Notes under the pieces: generated by a model
What the model saw: only the letters and a program-made list of their open reading frames with translations
Databases searched by the model: none
Told to the model about the DNA's origin: nothing
Shown here: positions 17,746-26,927 of the stretch, one piece after another
How positions within the stretch are numbered: position 1 is the stretch's first letter
Layout: every line of letters starts with the position of its first letter
Position numbers and translations under genes: made by a program
Origin: Butyrivibrio sp.
GTDB taxonomy: Bacteria; Bacillota; Clostridia; Lachnospirales; Lachnospiraceae
Reading direction: 5' to 3'
NCBI GenBank assembly: GCA_017535785.1
Contig: JAFXTN010000011.1
Location: 198,932-262,931, forward strand
DNA: 64,000 nucleotides

Positions 17746-18678
17746 CTAACCTTCAATGTCCTTGCCGTATCTGTCCTCAAGTCTGTACATAAAGTAGACA
17801 AGAACACTAACAACAATAAACATTATGATCGCCGCAGAAGAAAGCTTCTGATAATCCAGCGATGCAAATGTATTGTTCATAAAATGCTGGAGCATATACA
17901 TTGATCGATAGGGATAATCACCTGTCATCAAATATACTTCTCTAAAGACCTTAAAGGAATTTATAAGCGACATGATCGTAACAAAGAGAATTGTCGAAGA
18001 CATGTATCTGACTTTTATATACCAGAATATCTGTAACTTATTCGCATTCTCCAGTGCAGCCACTTCCAGAAGGTCCTTTGGAATGCTAGAAAGTGCAGAC
18101 ATAAAAAGAATCATGTTATATCCGAGATTCTTCCAAAGAAAAAGAAGTACTATAACTATATGCGCCTGATCCGACTTAAGCCAATCTATCTTTCCCTGGT
18201 CAAATATCATTAGGAACTTATTGACAATTCCGTTATAGTTGAACATTACCTGCCATATAAGTACTATCGATGCAGTCGGTACCATAAGAGGGCTTAAGAA
18301 AAAAGATCTGAAATAACTTTTAAACGGTATCCTTGATTCCATTACCGCCGCCAAAAACAGTGAAAAAACAACTGCAAGTGGAACGGCCGTAAGAGAAAAC
18401 TTTAGCGTATTCATCGCTGCCGGTCTGAAAGCATCATTGTTCCAAACATTGATATAGTTGCTAAGACCAACAAACACCTTTTGTATTGGGTTATTTATAA
18501 ATGAATAGTAAATAACCACACAGAACGGTGCTACAAAGAAAATGAATACACCTATGAGCGAGGGTAAAAGAAAAAGCCAAGAAATCAGGCTTTTTCTTTC
18601 ATTCGCCGTCAGTTTTTTCTTTTTTAAAATCTTTCCTTTATCTATATTCTGTTTCTTAAAAATATTTAATAACTTCAC
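17746..18678 (-). CDS. carbohydrate-type (CUT1, MalF/LplB-like) ABC permease
   Basis: 310 aa. KKKKLTANERKSLISWLFLLPSLIGVFIFFVAPF is a typical N-terminus. The GTG start overlaps the upstream stop (GTGA). Confidence 0.75.
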   Translation of the reverse strand: MKLLNIFKKQNIDKGKILKKKKLTANERKSLISWLFLLPSLIGVFIFFVAPFCVVIYYSFINNPIQKVFVGLSNYINVWNNDAFRPAAMNTLKFSLTAVPLAVVFSLFLAAVMESRIPFKSYFRSFFLSPLMVPTASIVLIWQVMFNYNGIVNKFLMIFDQGKIDWLKSDQAHIVIVLLFLWKNLGYNMILFMSALSSIPKDLLEVAALENANKLQIFWYIKVRYMSSTILFVTIMSLINSFKVFREVYLMTGDYPYRSMYMLQHFMNNTFASLDYQKLSSAAIIMFIVVSVLVYFMYRLEDRYGKDIEG

Positions 18679-20876
18679 TTATCGGTGTCCTTGATAACAA
18701 AATCCGGTACTTCTCCGGGCTTAAAGCTGTAGAAGCCGTTTCCGTAACCACCATATGTGGTCCTGCCGTTGTTGATCTCAATAGAGTACTTAGGAGAAAG
18801 ATAATTCTCTCGATTAAACCATTCTCCGGGGAAATTAAAGTTAAACATTGAATCAACAATTTGTTCTATTTGTTTCTTATCAGTATATGTGACTTTAACC
18901 CCATCCTTTTCATATAGATCAATTCCCAAATCTCTGAGTTCTTGCTCAGTCTTGCCTTCAATATCTATCCCCGGATAATTATTGGTGATAGTGATCTTCT
19001 CGATCTGAGATACATCTATCTTTTCAGAAACTCTTATATCATACTTCTCCAGAAGCTCGAGCGTGTTTTCATAATCGGCATAAACATCAAACTGAGCAGT
19101 TGCATAATTCCTGGAGGTTGATGTATACATTATCTGACCTATAGGAAGTTCGTTTTTACATAATGAGAAAGAATAATGTTCAAGAACATCCTTTTGGAAT
19201 GCATCGCTTAATTCCGAATAAGAAAGCTTAGTAGTGGAACGGGAATCCAATCCATTCGTATACTCTACAAGCCTTTTGTTTTCGGTCTGATCCAATTCTC
19301 TTAATTTCTCATCACCGAAACAACAATAATTACCCTTCTTGTACTCATCGGTTGTAACCAATCTGTCCATCAGCTCAGGATCGATATCAAACGGAATGAT
19401 TATTTCTCTGTATACTTTATTTCCGTTCTTTAATCTGTATAAGATCGTTCTGTTCCATCCGGAATTGAGATAGAAACCTGATTCATCCAATTCCGCTTTA
19501 TTCTTCTTCATGGTAGCCATACCGAGCTTGGCCATTTCAACAAATGAATCAACATCTGTGATATACATGTTTTTTTCAGGATAATCTGAAAATACGTTTT
19601 CGCTTCTTTCGTAGTAATTGAACAACGTATTACCGTCAAGGATCGCACAGCTCTCAATAGATGAGGTGTTCGGAACATAACTGTCATAGCCGCAAAGATC
19701 GCCTTTGTGTATAACAAATATAAGAAGTAAAACAGCAACAGCCATGAGCGTCTGTGCAATACCCTTATTAAAGCTCTTGATATTGTTGTTATCGAACAAT
19801 ACCTCAACAACACATCCTACGATCACAGCAGTGATCACCATGATCACGCACATGAGCACATACATTCTCATATTGTGCTTTGAGAAATAAATGCTGTTCA
19901 TCAAGAAGATGGCAACTATACCGGAAATCACACATATTGTGATCTTTACGATCCATCTGAAAGGTCTGAAAATAATACTCTTTCCTGCATGCTCGACTTT
20001 TCTTGCCTTACTTACAACAAATATCAGAACGATCGCAATGATACCGACCAAAATAGTATCGAGATCATACAACCAATTCTTTTTCAAAAACTCAAATACG
20101 GCATTATAGCTTTGGTTGTAATTCATTCCTTCCATATAATCACGGCCGGACATAAAGGAAAATACCCTGTCCGTGAAAGGTGAAAGGAATATCTTGACGT
20201 CACCCCTGTCAATAAAGGTGGCAAAAAACATATCCTTCAGTTCTCTAAGTTCCAAGCTTATGATAGCCGGAATAAATGCAAAGAATCCGGTAAGAAGAAT
20301 AGCCGTAGGCATATTTCCGCTAAGAAACATTGCAAGGACCGTGACTGAATAAACCACAACAAATGTGATCAAAGTTCTGATCGTTTCAACAAAAACATTA
20401 AAAAGAACAGGACCGTTGACCGCGCCGAAACATGCAGCAATAATGAGCGCTATCACTTCGACAACAACATACATCATTGTAAAAGTACCTATCGCGTTGG
20501 CGAAGTTTTTTCTGATCCTCTGATTTCTGGTCGTAGGCTGGCTTAAATAAAAATCCAACTTACTCTGTGAAAAGAGATATGAAAATCCCTGATATGCAAA
20601 CATGATGGCGATAAACATTGCAAGGAGCCATCCGATCTGCTTAAATCCCATTGTCACAATAACGGCATCAAGTCTGGAGTGATAAAATTTTCCTTCACTC
20701 TGTCTGGATACTTCGGCGTAATTTATCGTTCTTGTAAGCATCATGATCACACCGAAAATATAATATATAGCCATGAGCGGTAGTGCGATAAGTGATGTCC
20801 ACAGAGTACTGTTTATGAATTTTTTTCTGTTCTTGATCCTATCACTCAAGGATAAATTTACGGATGTCATATCCAA
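18675..20876 (-). CDS. polytopic membrane protein (~9 TM by eye, ABC-2-permease-like position) with a ~330-aa C-terminal extracytoplasmic domain
   Basis: 733 aa. It sits directly downstream of, and overlaps, the ABC-2-type ATPase gene. The hydrophobic N-terminal ~400 aa is followed by a hydrophilic C-terminal domain with no motif I recognise. Confidence 0.55.
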   Translation of the reverse strand: MDMTSVNLSLSDRIKNRKKFINSTLWTSLIALPLMAIYYIFGVIMMLTRTINYAEVSRQSEGKFYHSRLDAVIVTMGFKQIGWLLAMFIAIMFAYQGFSYLFSQSKLDFYLSQPTTRNQRIRKNFANAIGTFTMMYVVVEVIALIIAACFGAVNGPVLFNVFVETIRTLITFVVVYSVTVLAMFLSGNMPTAILLTGFFAFIPAIISLELRELKDMFFATFIDRGDVKIFLSPFTDRVFSFMSGRDYMEGMNYNQSYNAVFEFLKKNWLYDLDTILVGIIAIVLIFVVSKARKVEHAGKSIIFRPFRWIVKITICVISGIVAIFLMNSIYFSKHNMRMYVLMCVIMVITAVIVGCVVEVLFDNNNIKSFNKGIAQTLMAVAVLLLIFVIHKGDLCGYDSYVPNTSSIESCAILDGNTLFNYYERSENVFSDYPEKNMYITDVDSFVEMAKLGMATMKKNKAELDESGFYLNSGWNRTILYRLKNGNKVYREIIIPFDIDPELMDRLVTTDEYKKGNYCCFGDEKLRELDQTENKRLVEYTNGLDSRSTTKLSYSELSDAFQKDVLEHYSFSLCKNELPIGQIMYTSTSRNYATAQFDVYADYENTLELLEKYDIRVSEKIDVSQIEKITITNNYPGIDIEGKTEQELRDLGIDLYEKDGVKVTYTDKKQIEQIVDSMFNFNFPGEWFNRENYLSPKYSIEINNGRTTYGGYGNGFYSFKPGEVPDFVIKDTDK

Positions 20877-21747
20877 CTACCTCCGTCTCACTAATAAAGA
20901 TCTCTTCCAATGTAAGTGCCAATACTTCAAAGAAAATAGGATTGCCTCTCTTAAAGGCGTTCTCTATATCCTCTCTCTCTCCTCTTATAGTGATGGTATG
21001 AAGTCGTCCACGTCTCTCATGGAGCATCACATCAAGTCCTTCAAGAGCATTTTTCTCATTCTCCTCAGACTCAAATACGCACTGGACCTTCTGCATATTA
21101 ACTTTCATATCCGCGATATCTTCAGAAAGGATAACTCCGCCCAAATGAAGAAGTCCCACGTGATCGCATATATCCTCAAGTTCGCGTAAGTTATGAGATG
21201 CTATTATCGGTGTCATACCTCTGTCTGCCATCTCTGCAGCAAAAAGGCTCTTTACACCCTGTCTCACAACAGGATCAAGGCCATCAAATGTCTCATCACA
21301 TAAAAGATATTTGGTACCCGAACATATACCGAGAAGAATTGAAACCTGCTTTTTCATTCCTTTGGAAAAATTAGATATCTTCCTCTTTATATCAAGTCCA
21401 AATCCCTGAGCCATTTTGAAAAAACGAAGTTTATCGAAACTAGCGTAAATTCCTTCGTAATAATCAGCCATCTCTTCGGGTGTACTGTTAGGAAGGAAAT
21501 ACTGTTCGTCAGAAATATAGAAAATGTCTTTTTTCACAACTGGATTATCAAATACCGGCCTGTTGTCTACAAGAACAACCCCCTCATCCGGCTGGATAAC
21601 GCCTGCGATACTTCTTAAAATAGTACTCTTTCCTGCCCCGTTTGTTCCGACTAACCCAAAAACTTCCCCATCTTTAATATTTAGCGAAACACGGTTAACG
21701 GCTTTGATTTCATCAAAAGATTTTTCAAGATCAATCAATTCGATCAT
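20842..21747 (-). CDS. ABC transporter ATP-binding protein (ABC-2/DrrA-like, single NBD)
   Basis: 301 aa. Walker A GTNGAGKS, signature variant FSKGMKKQ, Walker B LLCDETFDGLD, H-loop ASHNL. ATGA overlap with the GntR gene. Confidence 0.85.
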   Translation of the reverse strand: MIELIDLEKSFDEIKAVNRVSLNIKDGEVFGLVGTNGAGKSTILRSIAGVIQPDEGVVLVDNRPVFDNPVVKKDIFYISDEQYFLPNSTPEEMADYYEGIYASFDKLRFFKMAQGFGLDIKRKISNFSKGMKKQVSILLGICSGTKYLLCDETFDGLDPVVRQGVKSLFAAEMADRGMTPIIASHNLRELEDICDHVGLLHLGGVILSEDIADMKVNMQKVQCVFESEENEKNALEGLDVMLHERRGRLHTITIRGEREDIENAFKRGNPIFFEVLALTLEEIFISETEVVGYDIRKFILE

Positions 21748-22130
21748 GTCGTTCCTCCTCCTTTGATCATTCCGGAAAGGTACATTTTAACGTCAGAAAT
21801 AATCTCATCAAAAGTTATACCTATCTCCTCTGCTTCTTTGAACAGACCAGCAATCTCCTGGATCAGCTCAACCTTCTTATTATCCTTAAGAAGGGCATCA
21901 CCTTTAACGAAATTGCCTCTTCCTTTAACGGTATAGATAAAGCCCTCTCTCTCAAGTTCGGTATAGGCCTTCTGTACCGTATTGGGGTTTGTAGACAATT
22001 CCATAGCAAGGCTTCGCACCGACGGCATTTGATCGTCGGCCTGCAGTATCCCCTTTAGGATCTGCATCTTGAAACTCTCTGCTATTTGTTCATAGATTGG
22101 TCTGCTATCTTGGTAATCAATAATCTTCAT
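21744..22130 (-). CDS. GntR-family regulator, short YtrA-like subtype
   Basis: ~128 aa. wHTH (RPIYEQIAESFKMQILKGILQADDQMPSVRSLAMELSTNPNTVQKAYTELEREGFIYTVKGRGNFV) plus a short C-terminal helix pair. Start is either 22130 (GGGAG RBS) or 22145. Confidence 0.8.
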   Translation of the reverse strand: MKIIDYQDSRPIYEQIAESFKMQILKGILQADDQMPSVRSLAMELSTNPNTVQKAYTELEREGFIYTVKGRGNFVKGDALLKDNKKVELIQEIAGLFKEAEEIGITFDEIISDVKMYLSGMIKGGGTT

Positions 22131-22169
22131 AGCGCTCCCACTCATTACTAAAAATGAACAATGTGTAAC

Positions 22170-22206
22170 AAAAAAACAAGTGTACTATGTTTACTAGTAC
22201 ACTTGT
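22170..22206 (-). terminator. perfect 12-bp palindrome ACAAGTGTACTA-N7-TAGTACACTTGT plus a T-run; terminator of the upstream gene and/or YtrA-type operator
   Basis: Read directly. On the minus strand the hairpin is followed by TTTTTTG. It lies ~40 nt upstream of the GntR start and directly downstream of a -10-like hexamer. Confidence 0.55.
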
Positions 22207-22235
22207 ATTGTATGATATATACTGGTATTTGTAAA
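22207..22235 (-). promoter_or_regulatory. candidate sigma-A promoter of the GntR/ABC locus (TTTACA-17 nt-TACAAT)
   Basis: -35 at 22235-22230 and -10 at 22212-22207 on the minus strand, with 17-nt spacing counted by hand. Confidence 0.45.
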
Positions 22236-22255
22236 TACCCCAAATTTAAAATATT

Positions 22256-23620
22256 TTAGTTCTTGAAGCTGTGAACCGGAGCGGGAATTCTACCGCCTCT
22301 GTTTACAAACTCATCACAGGAGAATTTATTAACCGGCATGATAGGAGCATAACCAAGCAGTCCACCGAACTCAACCGTATCTCCTACAGTCTTGCCTATA
22401 ACAGGGATAAGTCTTACAGCGGTAGTCTTCTGGTTGATCATTCCGATAGCCATCTCATCCGCAATGATACCTGCAATAGTTGTATCCTTGGTATCTCCGG
22501 GAACAGCGATCATATCAAGTCCCACAGAACATACACAAGTCATAGCCTCAAGCTTTTCAAGCGTTAAGCATCCTGCTTCTACAGCGTTGATCATTCCCTG
22601 ATCCTCAGATACGGGAATGAATGCACCGGAAAGTCCTCCTACATAAGAAGAAGCCATTACACCGCCTTTTTTAACCTGATCGTTAAGAAGGGCAAGTGCT
22701 GCTGTTGTTCCGGGAGCACCGGCATGCTCAACACCGATCTCATGAAGGATATCTGCAACACTGTCGCCGATAGCCGGTGTAGGAGCAAGTGAAAGATCAA
22801 TTATTCCAAAAGGAACGCCGAGTCTTGCTGAAGCTTCCTTAGCAACAAGTTGTCCGACTCTAGTTACCTTAAATGCTGTCTTCTTTATAGTCTCGCAGAG
22901 AACCTCAAAGTTCTCTCCTCTTACCTTTTCGAGAGCTGTCTTTACAACACCGGGACCACTGACACCGACATTTATGATCTTGTCAGCCTCTGTAACTCCG
23001 TGGAATGCGCCTGCCATGAAAGGATTATCATCAGGAGCATTACAGAAAATAACGAGCTTAGCACAGCCAAGTGAATCGCTCTCCTTGGTAGCCTCTGCTG
23101 TTGCTTTTACGATGGAGCCCATAAGTCTTACGGCATCCATATTGATACCGGTCTTGGTTGATCCCACATTTATTGAAGAACAAACAACATCGGTTGTTGA
23201 AAGTGCAAGCGGGATAGATTCGATCAGAAGTTTATCGGCGCTTGTCATTCCTTTACTCACAAGTGCTGAATAGCCTCCGATAAAGTTAACTCCGACTTTC
23301 TTGGCAACCTCATCAAGAGTCTTTGCTATCTGCGCAAAATCTTCTTTTGTCTTGCAGGCAGCTCCGCCGACAAGAGCTATGGGTGTTACGGAGATTCTTT
23401 TGTTTACGATGGGAATACCGAACTCCCTTGAGATCTGGTCTCCTGTCTTAACAAGGTCTTTTGCTGATTCATAGATCTTGTTGTAGATATTCTTCTTAAG
23501 CTGCTCAAGATCTGAGCTGATGCAATCGAGAAGGCTGATGCCGAGGGTGATGGTCCTGACGTCAAGGTTCTCCTTCTCTATCATTTCATTGGTCTCAAGG
23601 ACCTCTTTTGTGTTAATCAT
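22256..23620 (-). CDS. UPF0210/DUF711 (PFL-like) family protein
   Basis: 454 aa. The N-terminus [27 protein letters not shown] and overall length match the conserved UPF0210 family. It is paired with an ACT-domain gene, as is usual. Confidence 0.8.
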   Translation of the reverse strand: MINTKEVLETNEMIEKENLDVRTITLGISLLDCISSDLEQLKKNIYNKIYESAKDLVKTGDQISREFGIPIVNKRISVTPIALVGGAACKTKEDFAQIAKTLDEVAKKVGVNFIGGYSALVSKGMTSADKLLIESIPLALSTTDVVCSSINVGSTKTGINMDAVRLMGSIVKATAEATKESDSLGCAKLVIFCNAPDDNPFMAGAFHGVTEADKIINVGVSGPGVVKTALEKVRGENFEVLCETIKKTAFKVTRVGQLVAKEASARLGVPFGIIDLSLAPTPAIGDSVADILHEIGVEHAGAPGTTAALALLNDQVKKGGVMASSYVGGLSGAFIPVSEDQGMINAVEAGCLTLEKLEAMTCVCSVGLDMIAVPGDTKDTTIAGIIADEMAIGMINQKTTAVRLIPVIGKTVGDTVEFGGLLGYAPIMPVNKFSCDEFVNRGGRIPAPVHSFKN

Positions 23621-23644
23621 TATTATTTATCTCCCAAAAACCAA

Positions 23645-23917
23645 TTAAATTCTGTGCATGGAATCAAAGATCTCTTCCTTCTGGCACTTGATAACAACGC
23701 CGATACTCTTGCCGAGCTCCTCAAGGTCATCCGCAACACTGTTAAAGTCCTTGGATGTTCCGGCCATATCAACGATCATCATCATATTAAAATATCCGCC
23801 TACGATGGTCTGTGAAATATCAAGAATATTGATGCTTGAATCTGCAAGATAGGTGCAAACCTTTGCGATAATTCCGACTGTGTCCTTGCCTACAACTGTA
23901 ATGATAGTCTTTTTCAT
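23645..23917 (-). CDS. ACT-domain protein (UPF0237 family)
   Basis: ~90 aa from the ATG at 23917 (GGAGGAGA RBS): MKKTIITVVGKDTVGIIAKVCTYLADSSINILDISQT. The track extension to 24025 overlaps the upstream gene. Confidence 0.8.
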   Translation of the reverse strand: MKKTIITVVGKDTVGIIAKVCTYLADSSINILDISQTIVGGYFNMMMIVDMAGTSKDFNSVADDLEELGKSIGVVIKCQKEEIFDSMHRI

Positions 23918-23936
23918 GTCTCCTCCATGTAAATAA

Positions 23937-24734
23937 TTATATCTCGATAACAGGCGATAGCTCTGCTCTCTTGGCAACCATGATAGGGAAATCCGAAGAA
24001 GTGTACGGATTGTCTCCCATGTCAACTTCTAGTCTGACCGTCTCATAAGCGAGTTCGGGCAGGTTGTTTTCTTTGGACAGATGCCCCAGAAATACTCCTT
24101 TTATCTTATCATTAAGAAGTTTGCAGAGAAGCTCTCCGCTCTTTTCATTGGATAGATGGCCCCTGTCTCCCATTATTCTGGTCTTCAACATATAAGGATA
24201 AGGTCCTGTCTGGAGCATCCTTATATCATGATTTGCTTCTAATAATAACGCGTCGCAGCCCGATAAGCAACTCACCGTATAATCATCATAGCAACCAAGG
24301 TCAGTAGCGACTCCTATTTTCTTATCACCCATATACACTCTGTATCCGCAAGGCTCTGCGGCATCGTGAGATATTCTCATAGGATCGATAGTCATATCAC
24401 CGACGCAGATGCAGGAATCTGTCTTAAGCTTGTTAAAGGTGGCGTTTATCATCTCGCCCTTCTTGTCGCTCTTAATGATACCGTCGATCGTTCCTGCAGT
24501 TCCGTAGATCGGAATATCATGCTTTTTAAGAATGGTGTGAAGTGCAGCTATATGATCCACATGCTCATGTGTCACAAATATAGCATCCAGATCGTCAAAA
24601 GAAAGATCGAGCCCCTTAAGGCCTTCCTCTATTCTCTTTTTACTGGTACCGGCATCAATCAGAATATGTGTGTTGTCGGAACCTATGTAGGTACAATTGC
24701 CGCTGCTACCGCTGGCAATACTGGTAAAACGCAT
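23937..24734 (-). CDS. MBL-fold metallo-hydrolase (YycJ/WalJ-like)
   Basis: 265 aa. SGSSGNCTYIGSDNTHILIDAG...FVTHEHVDHI motif. Confidence 0.85.
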   Translation of the reverse strand: MRFTSIASGSSGNCTYIGSDNTHILIDAGTSKKRIEEGLKGLDLSFDDLDAIFVTHEHVDHIAALHTILKKHDIPIYGTAGTIDGIIKSDKKGEMINATFNKLKTDSCICVGDMTIDPMRISHDAAEPCGYRVYMGDKKIGVATDLGCYDDYTVSCLSGCDALLLEANHDIRMLQTGPYPYMLKTRIMGDRGHLSNEKSGELLCKLLNDKIKGVFLGHLSKENNLPELAYETVRLEVDMGDNPYTSSDFPIMVAKRAELSPVIEI

Positions 24735-24749
24735 ATGAATAAAAACCTC

Positions 24750-26927
24750 TTACTTCCAATATACTTCTATCTTATCGCCCTCATGGATAGGCTGCATGTA
24801 ATCCGGAGTCGCACCGTTGAGTGTAGTCACAATGGATCTTCCGTTGGGCTTTGAAAGATCAAAATCGATCACATCAAAGATATCAACAAAGATGTAATCA
24901 GCTTTGCCGTGAAGTGTAACGGCATCGTTATTTACAAATATATGAAGGTCATGAGCAAGTATATTCTTTACAGGCTCCTGTTCCTTTTTCTTATATTCGC
25001 CGTCATCATCGGGAAGATCGTCAAACGAAAGCTGTCCGTCCTTACCCTCAATGATCTTCACATCATCGGAATTGGCATAAGACTCCTGATTGGCCTGAGA
25101 TATCGCAACCTCGTCGGCACTCGGGAAATCTCTGTAATAATCCAAGATAGCTTCATCCTGAGATTTGAACTCGATCTTAAAGTTCTCATATACAGGTGTA
25201 TCTTTGTCGCCGCGCTCGTTATTTACGATAATGACCGTATCTTCATTGATATCAATATCCATAAGAGCAGCGATCTGTGAAGCTGTATTGTAATCAAGGA
25301 CCTTGACCTCATCACCGGGATTAATACTGTACAGCGCGGTCTGAGGCTCTCCGTTGACGGTCGCAAATCTGGACGCCTCAACGTTCTTGCCGTTTACGTT
25401 TACATTGAACTTAGTCTTAAACTCAGGTATGCCTTCAATAACTGCCTCTCCGGGCGCACCTGCTGTTGAAGGAACAACCTCGATTATATCATTGGCATGA
25501 ATCTTGGTGTGAATGTCGGCAGGCTTACCGTTAAGCGAGATAACAGCGGGCTCACCGGGTTCACCTCTTGAAGCTCTCTCTTTACCGTTTACCGTATAGC
25601 GAAGCTCTTCACCTCTCTTAGGGAAAAGATCCTCATTGGGAAATGCAGCCTGCATTGCCGCGTCAACGATCTGAAGCTTACCGTTGTCGTATATCTTGGT
25701 CTGGATACCGTTAAAGGAAACAAAGATAAAGTTATTGGCTTCTTCATAGAAGCTGATACAGATACCAAGAGGTGTAACGAGAAGTGAATCTCTCTCGATC
25801 CCATCATTATTAAGGAAGGTAATGTTCTTCATTACTTCCTCTCCCCTAAGAGCAACACGCTCTTCGGGAATATCCATCTCTTTTGCTATGGCTTTGGTAT
25901 ATCCGGGCACGCATCCGCCACCGCCTACTACGAATACAGCGCTGACAGCCTTATCACCGTTAAGTCTCTTTATCTCTTCAACGGCTTTCTGAGCCATGAT
26001 GTCAACCTGAGGCTTGATGATACGGGCTATCTCTTTGGCAGTGATAGTCTTACGAAGGCCCATGATATCAATATATTCAACTCTGTCACTGTGACTTGCG
26101 GCGATCTTGATCTCATCCGCCTGGTTAAAGTCAACCAGGCAGTGCTGAGCGATTATCTCGGTAATATCGTCACCTGCTATGGGAAGCATACCGTATGCCG
26201 TTATGGAACCGTCATCGGTTACACAGATATCGGATGTTCCCGCACCAACGTCTATAAGTGCAAGATTGAGCATTCTGAATCTGTCAGGGATCGCAACCAT
26301 CATAGCCGCGATAGGCTCGAGTGTAAGATTTGCGACATTAAGCTCAGCTCTCTCACAAGCCTTGTAGAGACCGTCTACGCAGTCATCCGGAAGGAAAGTC
26401 GCAATAAGCTCAACGCTCACCTTGCCCGCATTATGTCCCTCAAGATTGGCTATCTGATAGCCGTCGAGATAATAATGCATAACTGAATAACCAACCAGAT
26501 AGAATTTAAGGTTGGAAGTATTGCTCTTTAAGAACTCCGCATATGCCTGTTCAACGGCCGCGGAATCAAGATTATATATATCTTCGTCCGTTATCTCGTG
26601 AGATTCCGGATATTCATATTCATAAGTCGTGCGAACGGTCCTGAGCACACGTCCCGCAGCAGCTATACATACATCGGTAAGATGGATGTCGGTCTGCTGT
26701 TCAAGACTTTCTTTTACTACCTTGATGGTGGCTCCTACTTTTCCGATATCATGAATCTGTCCGTCAAGCATAGCTCTTGTCTGGTGTTTTTCGACGCTCT
26801 GAGCAATGACATTGAACTGTCCGTCATTCATATAACCGACAGTACCCACAACGCTCCTTGTTCCGATATCAAGTCCAAATACCACCTTTTGCTCTGATTG
26901 CTCTAAACTTGCCATCATCTTCTCCAA
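24750..26927 (-). CDS. FtsA/actin-like ATPase with a ~330-aa repeat-containing C-terminal extension
   Basis: 725 aa. Phosphate-1 motif FGLDIGTRSVVG, then LIDVGAGTSDI and VVGGGG. The C-terminus carries repeated VNG...GD-IEV-type segments. Confidence 0.7.
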   Translation of the reverse strand: MEKMMASLEQSEQKVVFGLDIGTRSVVGTVGYMNDGQFNVIAQSVEKHQTRAMLDGQIHDIGKVGATIKVVKESLEQQTDIHLTDVCIAAAGRVLRTVRTTYEYEYPESHEITDEDIYNLDSAAVEQAYAEFLKSNTSNLKFYLVGYSVMHYYLDGYQIANLEGHNAGKVSVELIATFLPDDCVDGLYKACERAELNVANLTLEPIAAMMVAIPDRFRMLNLALIDVGAGTSDICVTDDGSITAYGMLPIAGDDITEIIAQHCLVDFNQADEIKIAASHSDRVEYIDIMGLRKTITAKEIARIIKPQVDIMAQKAVEEIKRLNGDKAVSAVFVVGGGGCVPGYTKAIAKEMDIPEERVALRGEEVMKNITFLNNDGIERDSLLVTPLGICISFYEEANNFIFVSFNGIQTKIYDNGKLQIVDAAMQAAFPNEDLFPKRGEELRYTVNGKERASRGEPGEPAVISLNGKPADIHTKIHANDIIEVVPSTAGAPGEAVIEGIPEFKTKFNVNVNGKNVEASRFATVNGEPQTALYSINPGDEVKVLDYNTASQIAALMDIDINEDTVIIVNNERGDKDTPVYENFKIEFKSQDEAILDYYRDFPSADEVAISQANQESYANSDDVKIIEGKDGQLSFDDLPDDDGEYKKKEQEPVKNILAHDLHIFVNNDAVTLHGKADYIFVDIFDVIDFDLSKPNGRSIVTTLNGATPDYMQPIHEGDKIEVYWK

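Noticed and set aside
6545-22145. Mobile, island-like origin of the big transporter locus
   Set aside because: There is no integrase, transposase, flanking direct repeat or tRNA junction at its borders. Codon and composition feel similar to the neighbours by eye. I treat it as chromosomal, but composition statistics were not computed.
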